64,000 nucleotides of DNA. Source: a virus. The notes beneath the pieces are model-generated. The model did not search any database. It had not been told where the DNA came from and saw only the letters and a list, made by a program, of their open reading frames with translations. The stretch's first letter is position 1. Every line of letters begins with the position of its first letter. Location of the stretch: IMG/VR virus record IMGVR_UViG_3300025010_000048, positions 1-64,000 of that record. One strand, given 5' to 3'. A program made the translations under genes and the position numbers. Of this stretch, positions 50,315 through 60,706 are shown piece after piece.

Positions 50315-52225
50315 TTGATTAACGAATTAATAATGGGATCGCTATTTGACGGAGTTGCAATGCTCCCTTTTGCAGCAGAACTTAACGGAATTAGAGCAGT
50401 GTGGGCCAGTGAGATAGAAAAGTTCCCGATAGCGGTAAGTAAACACCATTTCCCTGACATGAAGCACTTGGGAGATATTTGTGGCATAGGATTATGTACT
50501 TACATTACACATTTTAGCGGAACTAAGTGTAATTTTTATATAAACACAGCTAAAGACATTCTGGTTAAACCAGTAGATATAATCACATTTTCAAGCCCTT
50601 GTCAAGATTTGTCAGTCGCCGGTAAAAGGGCAGGTTTGGCGGGAGAGCGTTCTGGTTTGTTTTCTGAGGCGGTAAGAATCATAAAAGAAATGAGGTTTGT
50701 CACAGATGAAATGTACCCAAAATACGCAATCTGGGAGAACGTACCAGGAGCATTTAGCTCAAACAAAGGACAAGATTTTAGAACCGTGCTTGAAGAAATC
50801 ACAGCGTCCGAAATTCCAATGCCTAAGTCTGGAAAATGGGCAAACGCCGGAATGGTCAGAGGGGATGGGTATAGTGTTGCTTGGCGAGTCTGTGATGCGC
50901 AATACTGGGGAGTCGCCCAGCGTCGTAAGAGAATCTTCCTTGTCTGCGATTTTAGAGGACAACGTGCCGGAGAAATACTTTTTGAGTGCGAAAGCGTGTC
51001 AGGGGATTTTGCGGAGAGCGGAGAAGCGAGGCAAGAAGTTGCCGGGAGTGCTGGAAATGGCATTGAGACAACAATCAGGATATTTGACATTGGAGATAGA
51101 CGCAGAGTCGCAGACGAGTCAGTAGGCGTAACACCTACACTGACAATGAAAATGGGTACGGGTGGAAATAATGTCCCCGTAATTTTAAAGCGAGATACAA
51201 TAGCCTTTAACGGCAGACAAGACCCTGTTTATGGACAAGTTACCGGGGCGCTTGATACCGATCGAGCGACACAGTGCATTGCATACCCTGAACCTGCAAA
51301 CGCTCTTCTCGCAAAAGGTAATCTGTCATATCGTGCTGATGTAGATAATTTAGTTTGTGCTGTAGATATCCGCAACCTTTACGAAACTGAGGAATTAAGT
51401 GAAACGCTGCAATCCAAGCAAACAGGTGGTTACTCACTTAACTATCAAAATCCTGTCAGGGTTCCGATTGGAGGAATTAATTATGGCAATGCCGACAAAA
51501 CCAACGCCAGAGAAATATTGTTCGCACTGTGGCGAGAAATTGGAACGGAAGCGTTTTGCAAATGGGCGGTTAGAGTCGTTGAATACTTTCAACAAAAGGG
51601 AATACTGCAACCAGAAATGTATGGCGAAGGGGTTCGAGAGCAAACCGAAACCGAGATCGGAAAACTGGGAAACGAATCATTCCAGATCGAGAAAAATTGT
51701 TCCACCGGGTCCTTGCGAAATATGCGGAAAACCGAATGCTTTAGATGTACACCACAAAGACGAGGATTGGACAAACAACGAACCAGAGAATCTTCAAAGG
51801 ATTTGTCGGAGTTGTCACAACTTAAAGCACAGGCAGAGAAAGCGTTGCGCCATTTGTGGGGAAGTAGCAAAGGGTTATGGATTATGTACAAAGCACTTAC
51901 AGAGATACAAGAAGCACGGAGATCCGATGATAGAAAGGATAAATCCGAGGAAGAAATGCAAAGTATGCGGAGAACCTGCTCACTCGAAAGAGCTTTGTGG
52001 GATGCACTATATGAGAGCGAAAAGAGCAGGGAGCCTGTAAGATATGCGGTGAGACGACTCCTACCCCTGGAATGCGAGCGACTGCAATCGATGCCGGACG
52101 GTTGGACAGATATCCCCGATGCATCCGATACAGCACGATACAAAGCAATCGGAAATTCGCTTGTGATGAATATAGCTGATTGGATATTTAGTCAGATAGT
52201 AAAGGCAGAGAAAGGAGAACTCTAA
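50315..52225 (+). CDS. C5 cytosine DNA methyltransferase with a very long variable region
   Basis: SLFDG, SPCQDLS.AG, WENVPG, Q.RKRIF, RRL.P.ECERLQ, RYKAIGNS. Confidence 0.92.
   Translation: MINELIMGSLFDGVAMLPFAAELNGIRAVWASEIEKFPIAVSKHHFPDMKHLGDICGIGLCTYITHFSGTKCNFYINTAKDILVKPVDIITFSSPCQDLSVAGKRAGLAGERSGLFSEAVRIIKEMRFVTDEMYPKYAIWENVPGAFSSNKGQDFRTVLEEITASEIPMPKSGKWANAGMVRGDGYSVAWRVCDAQYWGVAQRRKRIFLVCDFRGQRAGEILFECESVSGDFAESGEARQEVAGSAGNGIETTIRIFDIGDRRRVADESVGVTPTLTMKMGTGGNNVPVILKRDTIAFNGRQDPVYGQVTGALDTDRATQCIAYPEPANALLAKGNLSYRADVDNLVCAVDIRNLYETEELSETLQSKQTGGYSLNYQNPVRVPIGGINYGNADKTNAREILFALWREIGTEAFCKWAVRVVEYFQQKGILQPEMYGEGVREQTETEIGKLGNESFQIEKNCSTGSLRNMRKTECFRCTPQRRGLDKQRTRESSKDLSELSQLKAQAEKALRHLWGSSKGLWIMYKALTEIQEARRSDDRKDKSEEEMQSMRRTCSLERALWDALYESEKSREPVRYAVRRLLPLECERLQSMPDGWTDIPDASDTARYKAIGNSLVMNIADWIFSQIVKAEKGEL
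50697..51125 (+). CDS. alternative-frame ORF nested in the methyltransferase (putative beta-type polypeptide)
   Basis: NTGESPS...SSLSAILE..VPEKYFLSAKACQGILRRAEKRGK.LP..L..AL. Confidence 0.65.
   Translation: MSQMKCTQNTQSGRTYQEHLAQTKDKILEPCLKKSQRPKFQCLSLENGQTPEWSEGMGIVLLGESVMRNTGESPSVVRESSLSAILEDNVPEKYFLSAKACQGILRRAEKRGKKLPGVLEMALRQQSGYLTLEIDAESQTSQ
51483..52040 (+). CDS. HNH endonuclease nested out of frame in the methyltransferase
   Basis: Own GGAGG RBS; CEICG...DVHHKD....NN..ENL..ICRSCH; C-terminal C..C......GLC..H repeats. Confidence 0.88.
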   Translation: MAMPTKPTPEKYCSHCGEKLERKRFANGRLESLNTFNKREYCNQKCMAKGFESKPKPRSENWETNHSRSRKIVPPGPCEICGKPNALDVHHKDEDWTNNEPENLQRICRSCHNLKHRQRKRCAICGEVAKGYGLCTKHLQRYKKHGDPMIERINPRKKCKVCGEPAHSKELCGMHYMRAKRAGSL

Positions 52226-52551
52226 TGAAAAACAAAACCACAAAACTACTCCTAACTTTAGGGGTACCGCCGGAAACATCCGGTTATTTATACGCAAGAG
52301 AAGCAATCTTACTAACCCTAAATACCCCGAACTCCTCATACCGTTGGTGCGAAACCTACGACAAGGTAGCGGAAAAATTCAGCACCACCGGCAAGAGAGT
52401 TGAAAGATGTATCCGTCATACACTCAAGAAAACGCAGGAAAGCGGAACTGTAGAATATGTTGAAATGTTTTATAAGAACACAACTAAACCACCTATTGTA
52501 AGTCGCTTTTTAGCTACAGTTGCCGAGTATCTAAAAATGCAGGATAGTTAG
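52225..52551 (+). CDS. Spo0A C-terminal DNA-binding-domain protein
   Basis: LL.LGVP....GY.Y.REAI...Y..VA.KF.TT..RVERCIRH...KP..S.F.A.VAE.L; no receiver domain. Confidence 0.9.
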   Translation: MKNKTTKLLLTLGVPPETSGYLYAREAILLTLNTPNSSYRWCETYDKVAEKFSTTGKRVERCIRHTLKKTQESGTVEYVEMFYKNTTKPPIVSRFLATVAEYLKMQDS

Positions 52552-53555
52552 TCAGTTAGAATCGGAAATAACAGCAAAATTAGCCTTGTACAGGCGACTA
52601 AATATTGCAGGAATAGTTTCGTACCTGCTGTCGTGAATGGGGCGTAGAAGGGGGTTTAAAATGCCACCATTGAAAAGGGTTTTATTGAAAGAAGAACTGG
52701 AATACATGAAGCAATGGGGAGGTAAAGCATCACTCTCCAATATTGGAGTAAATTTACTAATGTCCGAGCAACAACTAGGCGCATATATGAAAAAACACGG
52801 CATACCGAGGGCTAATAAGGGTGCTAGACACCTTGCCGCGCCTGATAAATACGAAGGACCAACATCTTATGTGCAGAGAGGAAAGGACAATAGATTCGTG
52901 AATCTTTTTTCTAGGCAGAGAATCGAAGGAAATATTAGACCGCCAGATAAACCCTGGAGCATGGAAGAAAGTTTCGCTAATCCGATAGTATGTGTGAGCG
53001 CAACCGCAGGCGTTATGATTTGGCGAAATAGTGGCAAGGGTGAGTGTCTATGATTAGGGTTAACGACACAGTAAAACCTCTCCGTGGTCGCAATAAGGAC
53101 AAGGAGGGCGAGGTAAGGTCGGTATATAAAAGCGGAAAATGTTATATTTACTTCGGTAAAAGTAACTATAATTCTTATTTTCCGAGAAATTTGGAGGTGG
53201 TAACAGGTGGGGAGAGGCGGGGCGAGGATTAAGAAGTTAGAGCGCGATAACAAAATATTACTTAAGATAGTTTCTGAACATGCTGTTTCCATTTCTGATA
53301 TTTCTCGCAGATTAGATGGTTATGCTGTGCTGTTTAAAACACTAATAAACGATATGACAACAGCAGGAAATAACGGGAAAACACTTCAATCAGACATTGC
53401 ATTTCTGAATAAGAAGTTGGACGAAATTGAATGTTCCGTTGCCGCATTGAGAGCAGAGCAGGATCATGCGAGGCGTGGATTGTGGAGAAGGTTTTGCGCT
53501 AGGGTTAGGTTGTTTTTCGTGTGATGGATTACCTTTTTAGGTATAATATGTATAG

Positions 53556-54242
53556 TTGGAGGTAAAATTGAGATACATTGTTAGTGTATCAACAGGCAAA
53601 GATTCTACTTGTTTAGCACTATACGCCATAGCAAAATATGGGCGCAAAGATTTAGTTTTTGTAAGTGCTGATACTGGTTGCGAATTTCCGGAAACATACG
53701 AATACCTATATTATCTCGAAAGAAGATTAAATATAAAAATAAACCGCGTCAAAAGCGATAAGTGGGATTATTTTTCCTATTGCCGCCACAGAAGCAAGTT
53801 TCCCGACATAAGAAATAGGTTTTGCACTTCCGACCTAAAGCAAGCACCATTAGCAAAATGGATAACTCATGCAGGTATTGACCGCTATAACGACATTATG
53901 TTAACAGGTGAGCGCAGGGAAGAAAGCGCAAAAAGATCGCAATATAAAGAGATTTACTATAACCCTAAACTCAGGATTGCCGGTTGTCGCCCATTGCTAA
54001 AACTAACTACCAAAGACGTATTTACGGCAATTAGACAGGGTGGACTTGTACCGAATCCAATATATAAACACTTTACCCGCCTCGGTTGTTATGGATGCGT
54101 ATTCAATACCGTTGACGAGTGGGTGCAGTTAAGCAAGTATTACCCTGATTTGTTTAATAAGATTGCAGATTTGGAAAATGAGATTAATTATACTGTCCGG
54201 CAAGGAGAAACATTGAGACAGTTAGTTAATCGGAAAATTTAA
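53556..54242 (+). CDS. PAPS reductase-family (PP-loop) protein
   Basis: SVSTGKDS, DTG.E.PETY, RFCT..LK, G.RREES..R, RLGC..C. Confidence 0.88.
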   Translation: MEVKLRYIVSVSTGKDSTCLALYAIAKYGRKDLVFVSADTGCEFPETYEYLYYLERRLNIKINRVKSDKWDYFSYCRHRSKFPDIRNRFCTSDLKQAPLAKWITHAGIDRYNDIMLTGERREESAKRSQYKEIYYNPKLRIAGCRPLLKLTTKDVFTAIRQGGLVPNPIYKHFTRLGCYGCVFNTVDEWVQLSKYYPDLFNKIADLENEINYTVRQGETLRQLVNRKI

Positions 54243-54257
54243 TGGGAGGAAAATAAT

Positions 54258-54968
54258 TTGCTAAAACCTACAATTATAAATTGTTTCGACATACCGGAAG
54301 TTTGGTATAGGTCGCTATCTGAGTTATATCATACTCATAGCGGCGGCGATAACCGGGAATACCTTGTGCAGCATGGTAGTTTTGAAAATCAGCATAAACG
54401 AAGGGAATTGGATTATTTTATGGCGGTTATCACTAACCCAGGCAATAGACCGTTAACTCCGATTATACCGGAAGGTTTGAGCGTAGCACCTCCGACAGAT
54501 ATGGAGAAAATTGAGAAGTATTTCGCCGAATACATCTATGGTTCAGAGGTTGCTGAGAATGAGGATTACACTTATGGAGAGCGCATACGAATTAGCTTAC
54601 AGAATGTCATAGAGATTCTAAAAAGAACTCCTGACACCAATCAGGCCATAATTGAAATAGGTCAACCTTTAGATATTTACCTGACAGATCCACCTTGCTT
54701 AAGGATGATTGATTGCCGCATCAAAGACGGTATGTTGCACTTCATAATCTACTTTAGGTCATGGGACATATTTGCCGCACTTCCTGAGAATTTAGGTGGG
54801 TTGCAGTTACTTAAAGAGTATATGGCGACAGAGATTGGTTATGAGGATGGAGGCATGATAATTTCCTCTAAGGGAGCACACGTTTACGATTATGTATGGG
54901 AGCAGGTTAAGCAGTTAGTTAGATATAAGGATACCGAAGTAATACAGGAGGTAGATTTAATTGAATAG
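54258..54968 (+). CDS. thymidylate synthase-family protein (short, archaeal-like type)
   Basis: YTYGERI, DPPCLR, YFRSWD...LPENL, AHVY. Confidence 0.85.
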   Translation: MLKPTIINCFDIPEVWYRSLSELYHTHSGGDNREYLVQHGSFENQHKRRELDYFMAVITNPGNRPLTPIIPEGLSVAPPTDMEKIEKYFAEYIYGSEVAENEDYTYGERIRISLQNVIEILKRTPDTNQAIIEIGQPLDIYLTDPPCLRMIDCRIKDGMLHFIIYFRSWDIFAALPENLGGLQLLKEYMATEIGYEDGGMIISSKGAHVYDYVWEQVKQLVRYKDTEVIQEVDLIE

Positions 54969-55431
54969 TTTGCAAAGATATATAAAAATACTAAAATTTA
55001 CCGCTAGTCAGTCGAAATGCAAACGCCGCAAGATCGGTGCTCTTGCAATACTAAATAAAGGATATATCTACAAATATAATAGTATTCAAAAGGGCGATTA
55101 TGGTATCTGTGATGAATGTCCAAGGATAGGACAGGAACACGGAAACTGGTCAGGTAACCAAGAATGCCCGGCGATACACGCAGAAGAAGCGGTTATCTTG
55201 AACGCGGCGCGTGGAGGCTATTCTCTGGAGGGTGAGACGTTACTCGTTACTGATAAGCCCTGCAACCGATGTTCTAGGTTAATAGTCGGAGCAGGATTTA
55301 AAAAGGTTATTTATTTAAGCGATATCGGAAGTAATAATGGCATAGACTACCTCCGCAAATGTGGCGTTGAAGTTGAGCAGTACCAAGATGCCGTTATTAT
55401 AGAAAATCCAGATGAAGGGGTGCTGGAATAA
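54961..55431 (+). CDS. dCMP deaminase-family protein
   Basis: S.C.RR.IGA, IHAEE, PCNRC. Confidence 0.88.
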   Translation: MNSLQRYIKILKFTASQSKCKRRKIGALAILNKGYIYKYNSIQKGDYGICDECPRIGQEHGNWSGNQECPAIHAEEAVILNAARGGYSLEGETLLVTDKPCNRCSRLIVGAGFKKVIYLSDIGSNNGIDYLRKCGVEVEQYQDAVIIENPDEGVLE

Positions 55432-55829
55432 TGAATATCCATGAAATCAGAGAGTTAGGCAAAAATTTCTGCCAAACAGTTGGTTCAGCACACTACAGGG
55501 AGAACAGTATTGACCCTATAGAGTACGCCATAGCTAACAATATGATTGAGGATTTTTGCCTGATAAACATTATTAAGTATGCCAGCAGGTTTAAGCATAT
55601 CCGTAACCTTGACGATTTGAAGAAAGTTTCCGATTACTCACATATCCTGTGTGGGGTGGAGTTAGAGAAAAAGAATAAAGTTTATCCCGTACTTATACAG
55701 CAGAAACAAAGCAATCACCTGAAAAATTCTGATATTTGCGGTGATTGTAAAAAGGAAGGTAATTGCGACGAACCATGCGAGAAGTTGTATAAGTCTAATA
55801 TTCCAAATAGACCGGAGGTAACTGACTGA
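55431..55829 (+). CDS. DUF3310-like protein
   Basis: G..HY....I.PIEY.......F...NIIKY..R......DL.K. Confidence 0.75.
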   Translation: MNIHEIRELGKNFCQTVGSAHYRENSIDPIEYAIANNMIEDFCLINIIKYASRFKHIRNLDDLKKVSDYSHILCGVELEKKNKVYPVLIQQKQSNHLKNSDICGDCKKEGNCDEPCEKLYKSNIPNRPEVTD

Positions 55830-56262
55830 TGAAAAAATCCTGCTTAACCTGCAAGCACGGTAAATTTAAGCAGGTTAATGTGTTAGACTATTGGGAGTGT
55901 TCCGAGTATTCTATTTTTTATGCCGGGCAGTGCCGGGCGGGAAACTTTGGATTGTGGGAGGCAAAAGAAGATGCCGATATATAACGATGGCGACACCAAG
56001 GTTTGTATTTTTGGCAAGGGTGATATTTCAGTATGTACCCTTAAATACAATGGAGGTTATTTTAATACGGTGCTTGGTTTAGTGCAGGACACGCAAAGCA
56101 ACCCTATCGGAACCGAAAACAAGCATCATATTGGACTGAGTGCAGACGAAATGGAAACACATGTAATGATGTATTTCGATAATGTGGCATCGGTAGACTT
56201 TGTTATCAGTAGACTTCAGGTTATTCGTGCAGATTTGGTTAGGATGCAGGAGGGTAAAGATA

Positions 56263-56616
56263 ATGGAAATGAATAAGTATCAAGAGTTAGCGGCAAGGAC
56301 TGATACCGTAATAAATACTGATAGATTAATCAAATATGGCCAATTGCTTAATGCCGCCATAGGTATGGTTGGTGAAGCGTGTGAGTTCTTAGAGGTTGTT
56401 AAGAAAATAGTTTATCATGGCCATAACTTGGATAATGTGACAAAAGATAAACTTGTCAAGGAGATTGGCGACACAAAATGGTATTGTGCCAAAGCAGCTA
56501 GACTGTTGGGCGTTCCGTTAAGTTATGTTGCCGCTATTAATATCGAAAAACTTAAAAATCGTTACCCAGATGGATTTAGTGAGGACAAAAGCATTAACCG
56601 AGATATGGACAAATGA
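56263..56616 (+). CDS. MazG-like NTP pyrophosphohydrolase
   Basis: YQ..A.RT, G..GEA.E....KK, EIGD..WY, NIEKL..RYP.GF. Confidence 0.9.
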   Translation: MEMNKYQELAARTDTVINTDRLIKYGQLLNAAIGMVGEACEFLEVVKKIVYHGHNLDNVTKDKLVKEIGDTKWYCAKAARLLGVPLSYVAAINIEKLKNRYPDGFSEDKSINRDMDK

Positions 56617-56739
56617 TCCAAGTTTGGACATGCAAATGCGGTCAGAAAAATCAAGCCAACGTATTCTCACCGGGAGCAACGACAATAAAATGCTCCCGGT
56701 GCTACACCGATTATATTTTAACGGTAAAGACTACCATTA

Positions 56740-57249
56740 TTGAAGTGTTTGGAGGTAGGGATTTTGAAAATAAACACGATAGTACCTAGTAGCACAGTGG
56801 ACGGTCCAAATTTTAGACTCGTAATTTTCGTTCAAGGATGCGCTCACGGTTGCGAAGGTTGCCATAATCCGCAAACTCACGATAGAAACGCCGGGTACTG
56901 CATTAGTCCGAAAGCGTTGGCAGGCATCATATTAGGGCATTTACAGGACGATCCTTTACTCACAGGTATTACATGGTCTGGCGGCGAACCATTCGACCAA
57001 ATCGAAGAGTTGAACGCAGTTAACGAGTTAATTATCCGGGAGCGTCCCGATGTGAGCATTATGCTGTATACGGGATACGTTATGACACCTGAGAAGTTGC
57101 GGAAACTTAGGCATATTGAGTATGTGGTGGATGGACCGTTTATTTTGGCGCAGCGGGACATTGGGTTGAAATTTCGGGGCAGCGCAAATCAGCAGGTTTG
57201 GCAGAAGGTTAACGGGGAGTACGAAAATATTACGGAGTTGTGGAGGTAG
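56740..57249 (+). CDS. nrdG: anaerobic ribonucleotide reductase activase (radical SAM)
   Basis: VDGP..R..IFVQGC.H.C.GCHNP, SGGEP, YTGY, DGPF...FRGS.NQ. Confidence 0.88.
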   Translation: MKCLEVGILKINTIVPSSTVDGPNFRLVIFVQGCAHGCEGCHNPQTHDRNAGYCISPKALAGIILGHLQDDPLLTGITWSGGEPFDQIEELNAVNELIIRERPDVSIMLYTGYVMTPEKLRKLRHIEYVVDGPFILAQRDIGLKFRGSANQQVWQKVNGEYENITELWR

Positions 57250-57651
57250 AGAAAATGAGCGTTGATGTAAATACAGTAACGGGAATTTTGGATGAAGTTA
57301 GTAAGAGGTTGAGCGAACCTGCCAAACATACCTACAGCGTTTTGGTTAAGCAGGCGGTTGCTGATGGGGCAGGAGATTTAGTATTATGCTCTCTGTGTGT
57401 TGCCGGAATAGGTTTTGCACTTTATTTTATTCCAAAATTAATGAAAGTTTGCGCTGACAATGATAGTAAAGGCAATGAAGGTATAGCTGCATCTAGCGCG
57501 TTCGTAATACTTATGCTTGGTATTTGGGCTGTTTATTCTGTTTTATTCTTACCCTTTGACCTTATTGATGGAATAAAACACATCATCAACCCAGAATATT
57601 ATGCAATAATGGATATTATGTCAAAGATTAAGTAGGTTTGGAGTTGATTTT

Positions 57652-57987
57652 ATGGCAAATATAGGCGGCGGCAAATCATACAAGAAAGTCCTCAATGCCG
57701 AGCAACAGGTCAAAGCGGAACACTTTATGCGTTGCCTGCTCACCAATGACCGCAAGGCAAAACAGGCAGGTTTAACCGTCAACATAAACGAATTCCTAAA
57801 CAACTATGCCTGCGAATACGGCAATAGTGGCAGTTTATCCGAGCATTTTAAATTATCAGACTACCGTAAACGGATGATTCTTACCTTATGCAATAGCGGA
57901 AAGTCACCTCGCTCAATAGCTGATGACTTTGGTATGAATGTCGATAGAATTTATAAGTATCTCAAAAAATGCGGTGCTTGTCGGTGA
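57652..57987 (+). CDS. C-terminal HTH protein
   Basis: GKSPRSIADDFGM....IYKYLKK. Confidence 0.6.
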   Translation: MANIGGGKSYKKVLNAEQQVKAEHFMRCLLTNDRKAKQAGLTVNINEFLNNYACEYGNSGSLSEHFKLSDYRKRMILTLCNSGKSPRSIADDFGMNVDRIYKYLKKCGACR

Positions 57988-58182
57988 GCAAGAGAAAGAA
58001 AAGAAAAACTCCCCATGTCGGGTGGTGCTTATCTGAGTACCATCCCGGCAAGTTGGGGTAAGGTAAAAGAAAAGAATTGCCTGAGCAAGAACGGTAAATT
58101 TAAACCTTGCCGCCATTTTGAAGTGAATATGGATCATCCGAAGTGGGCGAGGTGTGGGTTTGTGGATATTGGTGGGTGCTAG
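57978..58182 (+). pseudogene. frameshifted Cys/His-rich small gene
   Basis: ...WCLSEYHPGKLG* continues in the +1 frame as KVKEKNCLSKNGKFKPCRHFEVNMDHPKW. Confidence 0.5.
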
Positions 58183-58590
58183 GGGGTTGGTTGTGAAATG
58201 AGAAAACATGAACCCAAGAAATGCGTAAAATGCGGAGAAGCATATATTCCTACGAGTGGTCCGCAAAAATTTTGTACCAAATGTTTACCTCCTGCCTGCG
58301 AGGGATGTAAAAGAATTAAATTAGCGGTACAGGAAGAAAGAAATAGGATAATCGAAATACTTCTCGCAAATAAGGTTTGTATGCACGATTTAGAATATGG
58401 TAATTGTCCTAAAGTTTCCTGTGAAGGTTGTTGGCAGGAGTACCTTGATGAGTAGTCAAGAAAACGGACAGGTGCCGGTTAAGCTAACCGCTTCTGATAT
58501 TATTGATTATGTCGAAAGGAACTGCTTTTTATATAAAGGTCAGTGGTGGTTAGATAGAAAAACCTATGGTCATTTGGAGGAATGTGAAAA

Positions 58591-59130
58591 TTGAAGGTAG
58601 TTGGCATAGACGCTAGTTTGACGAGTACCGGAATAGGATCGATGATTTATGGAGAGCTAGATAATTGCCTTGTTACTAGCTTAGTTAAGAGCAATAGGAC
58701 AGGAGTTTACCGCTTAATTGAGATAAGGGAAAGAGTTTTTAAGGCGGTTGTCGGTGCCGACTTAGTTTTAATTGAGGGATACTCTTATGCTTCCCCTAAT
58801 CAAGCGCATCAAGTGGGAGAGTTGGGCGGTGTTCTTCGGGTTATGTTTGCCGAATGTAACTTGAAAGTTTTGGAGGTTGCGCCTAAACAACTAAAGAAAT
58901 TCGCAACTGGAAATGGCAGCTCAAGTAAAGAGCAAATAGCCGTTGCCGCATACAAGAAATGGGGTATAGAGTGCCGTACAAACGATGAAACGGACGCTGC
59001 GGTACTTGTGCATATCGGACTAGCTTATATGGGTAATACAGACAGCTTAACGGCATATCAGCAGGAAGTTATTGACGCTCTGCATGGCAAGTCGGAGGTC
59101 AAGGTAAAGCGGAAGAAGAAAGAAAAATGA
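58591..59130 (+). CDS. RuvC-like Holliday junction resolvase
   Basis: GIDASL.STG, IEGY, P..LKKFATG.G...K, DE.DA. Confidence 0.88.
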   Translation: MKVVGIDASLTSTGIGSMIYGELDNCLVTSLVKSNRTGVYRLIEIRERVFKAVVGADLVLIEGYSYASPNQAHQVGELGGVLRVMFAECNLKVLEVAPKQLKKFATGNGSSSKEQIAVAAYKKWGIECRTNDETDAAVLVHIGLAYMGNTDSLTAYQQEVIDALHGKSEVKVKRKKKEK

Positions 59131-59985
59131 GACTAACGGCAGACCAAGAAAACCAACTAACCAGTGAATTTATCGCGTTCTGCGAGACTCACCGGGATAA
59201 GTTGGCAGGGATGAAAGATAACTCTGACCGCATGAATTTTATGATGTTGAAACTGAGGCATATTCCGCAATATTTGATGTTGAGGAAAGTTAGACCCTAT
59301 TTGGTTAAGGGGGATTAAATTTGTATCCGTATTGGATTATACATGGTGTTATTTTTATATCTCAATTGCCTCCAGAAATACAGGAAACTCTTAAAATACT
59401 TGTTGATAATATGCGTGAACAAGAAGAATTATGTAAAAGATTTAGTATTATAGATAATTTATGTGAATATGATACGTCCATATACCTTTATGAAGAAAAC
59501 CTACCCTTATGGCGAAGGACTGAATATCAAGAGAATACACGCAAACTTAAATCAGCCGTAAAATTTAGGCGTGATAGACATACGACAAGGGCAAATTTGT
59601 GGTCTGGGGAAAGGAAAAGGCAATGCTTAGAGACACAATAGGTCCAAATCCACTAAGAATATGCGACACTAATCCCCTAGACTACAAAACAGTCAACGGT
59701 AAATGGGTGCTGATACCGGGATGGTGGAGAGAAATAAAAGATCCTCCGAAGTTTGTTGAAACTAAGGCAAAGGGAAAGAAAGGGTGATGTAATGAGTTAT
59801 GTCGGAACTCCAAGGATATGTGAACGGTGCATGAACAGCCATGTTGACGGTGGCAAGGCAAGAGAGATAACCTGCCTTGATGGAAATTCAATCTACTTTA
59901 AGCAGGACGTATCAATGTTGAGAATGGCATCCTGTTTGGTGCCGAAACAGAAGGGTAAGAAGTACGCTACTAGACGATAGAACAT

Positions 59986-60013
59986 GCCGGGGTTATTGCC
60001 CCGGTTATTTTTA
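59986..60013 (+). terminator. terminator at the end of the rightward operon
   Basis: GCCGGGGT-TATT-GCCCCGGT followed by TATTTTT. Confidence 0.8.
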
Positions 60014-60706
60014 TGCAACAAAAAACGATACAGACCGTGGACGCTGTACCGTTTAGTGGGGTAGTATACTTTGGATTATTTTAGTGCCAGTAAGATAATC
60101 CGCGATAATGTTATATTCGACGTGCGGTAGGGATTGTCCTGCTTACGGTAGGACGGGGTGTGGTTTGATAGCCTTAATACTTTCCATAACTTTCTTGTGC
60201 AATTTTTTATATCAGGACAATCATTGTCAAATTTATCAACGTCAGGCCAAATAAAGATATATCCGTTTTCATGTAATGTTAAGTCATATTGCTTAAAACC
60301 ACACAACTCTCTCAGTCTATCCTTCTGTTTATCGGTAAGTTGTGCAAGGTCGGATGGTTTCAAGTCGTTGTTTCAATATTCCATCTCCTTCTCATATTCC
60401 TCCAGGTTAACTTCCCCATCCTCGTCAACTAGCCGACAATCTAGTAATGGCTTGAAGTTTTCTCTGTCGGATATGGTGCAACGGTTGGAGAGGAAACTAT
60501 TTCGGTAGAATGGACATGCGGTGCATTTCATTGGTTAATCCTCCTGTAAAAATCAGCACACCAAACATAATTATCCTCGTTTTCTACACTTCTATGATCA
60601 TAGAGATTACCAACAAAGTCCTTAATTCTTCCTTCGCTTGTATATCCCTTAGACTTCATTTCTTTAATATGATTATTTCTTTCTTCCTCAGAGTCAGTGT
60701 CCTCCT

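Noticed and set aside
50315-52225. Intein or intron explaining the long methyltransferase
   Set aside because: No intein termini or group I/II core; the insert is an out-of-frame HNH gene
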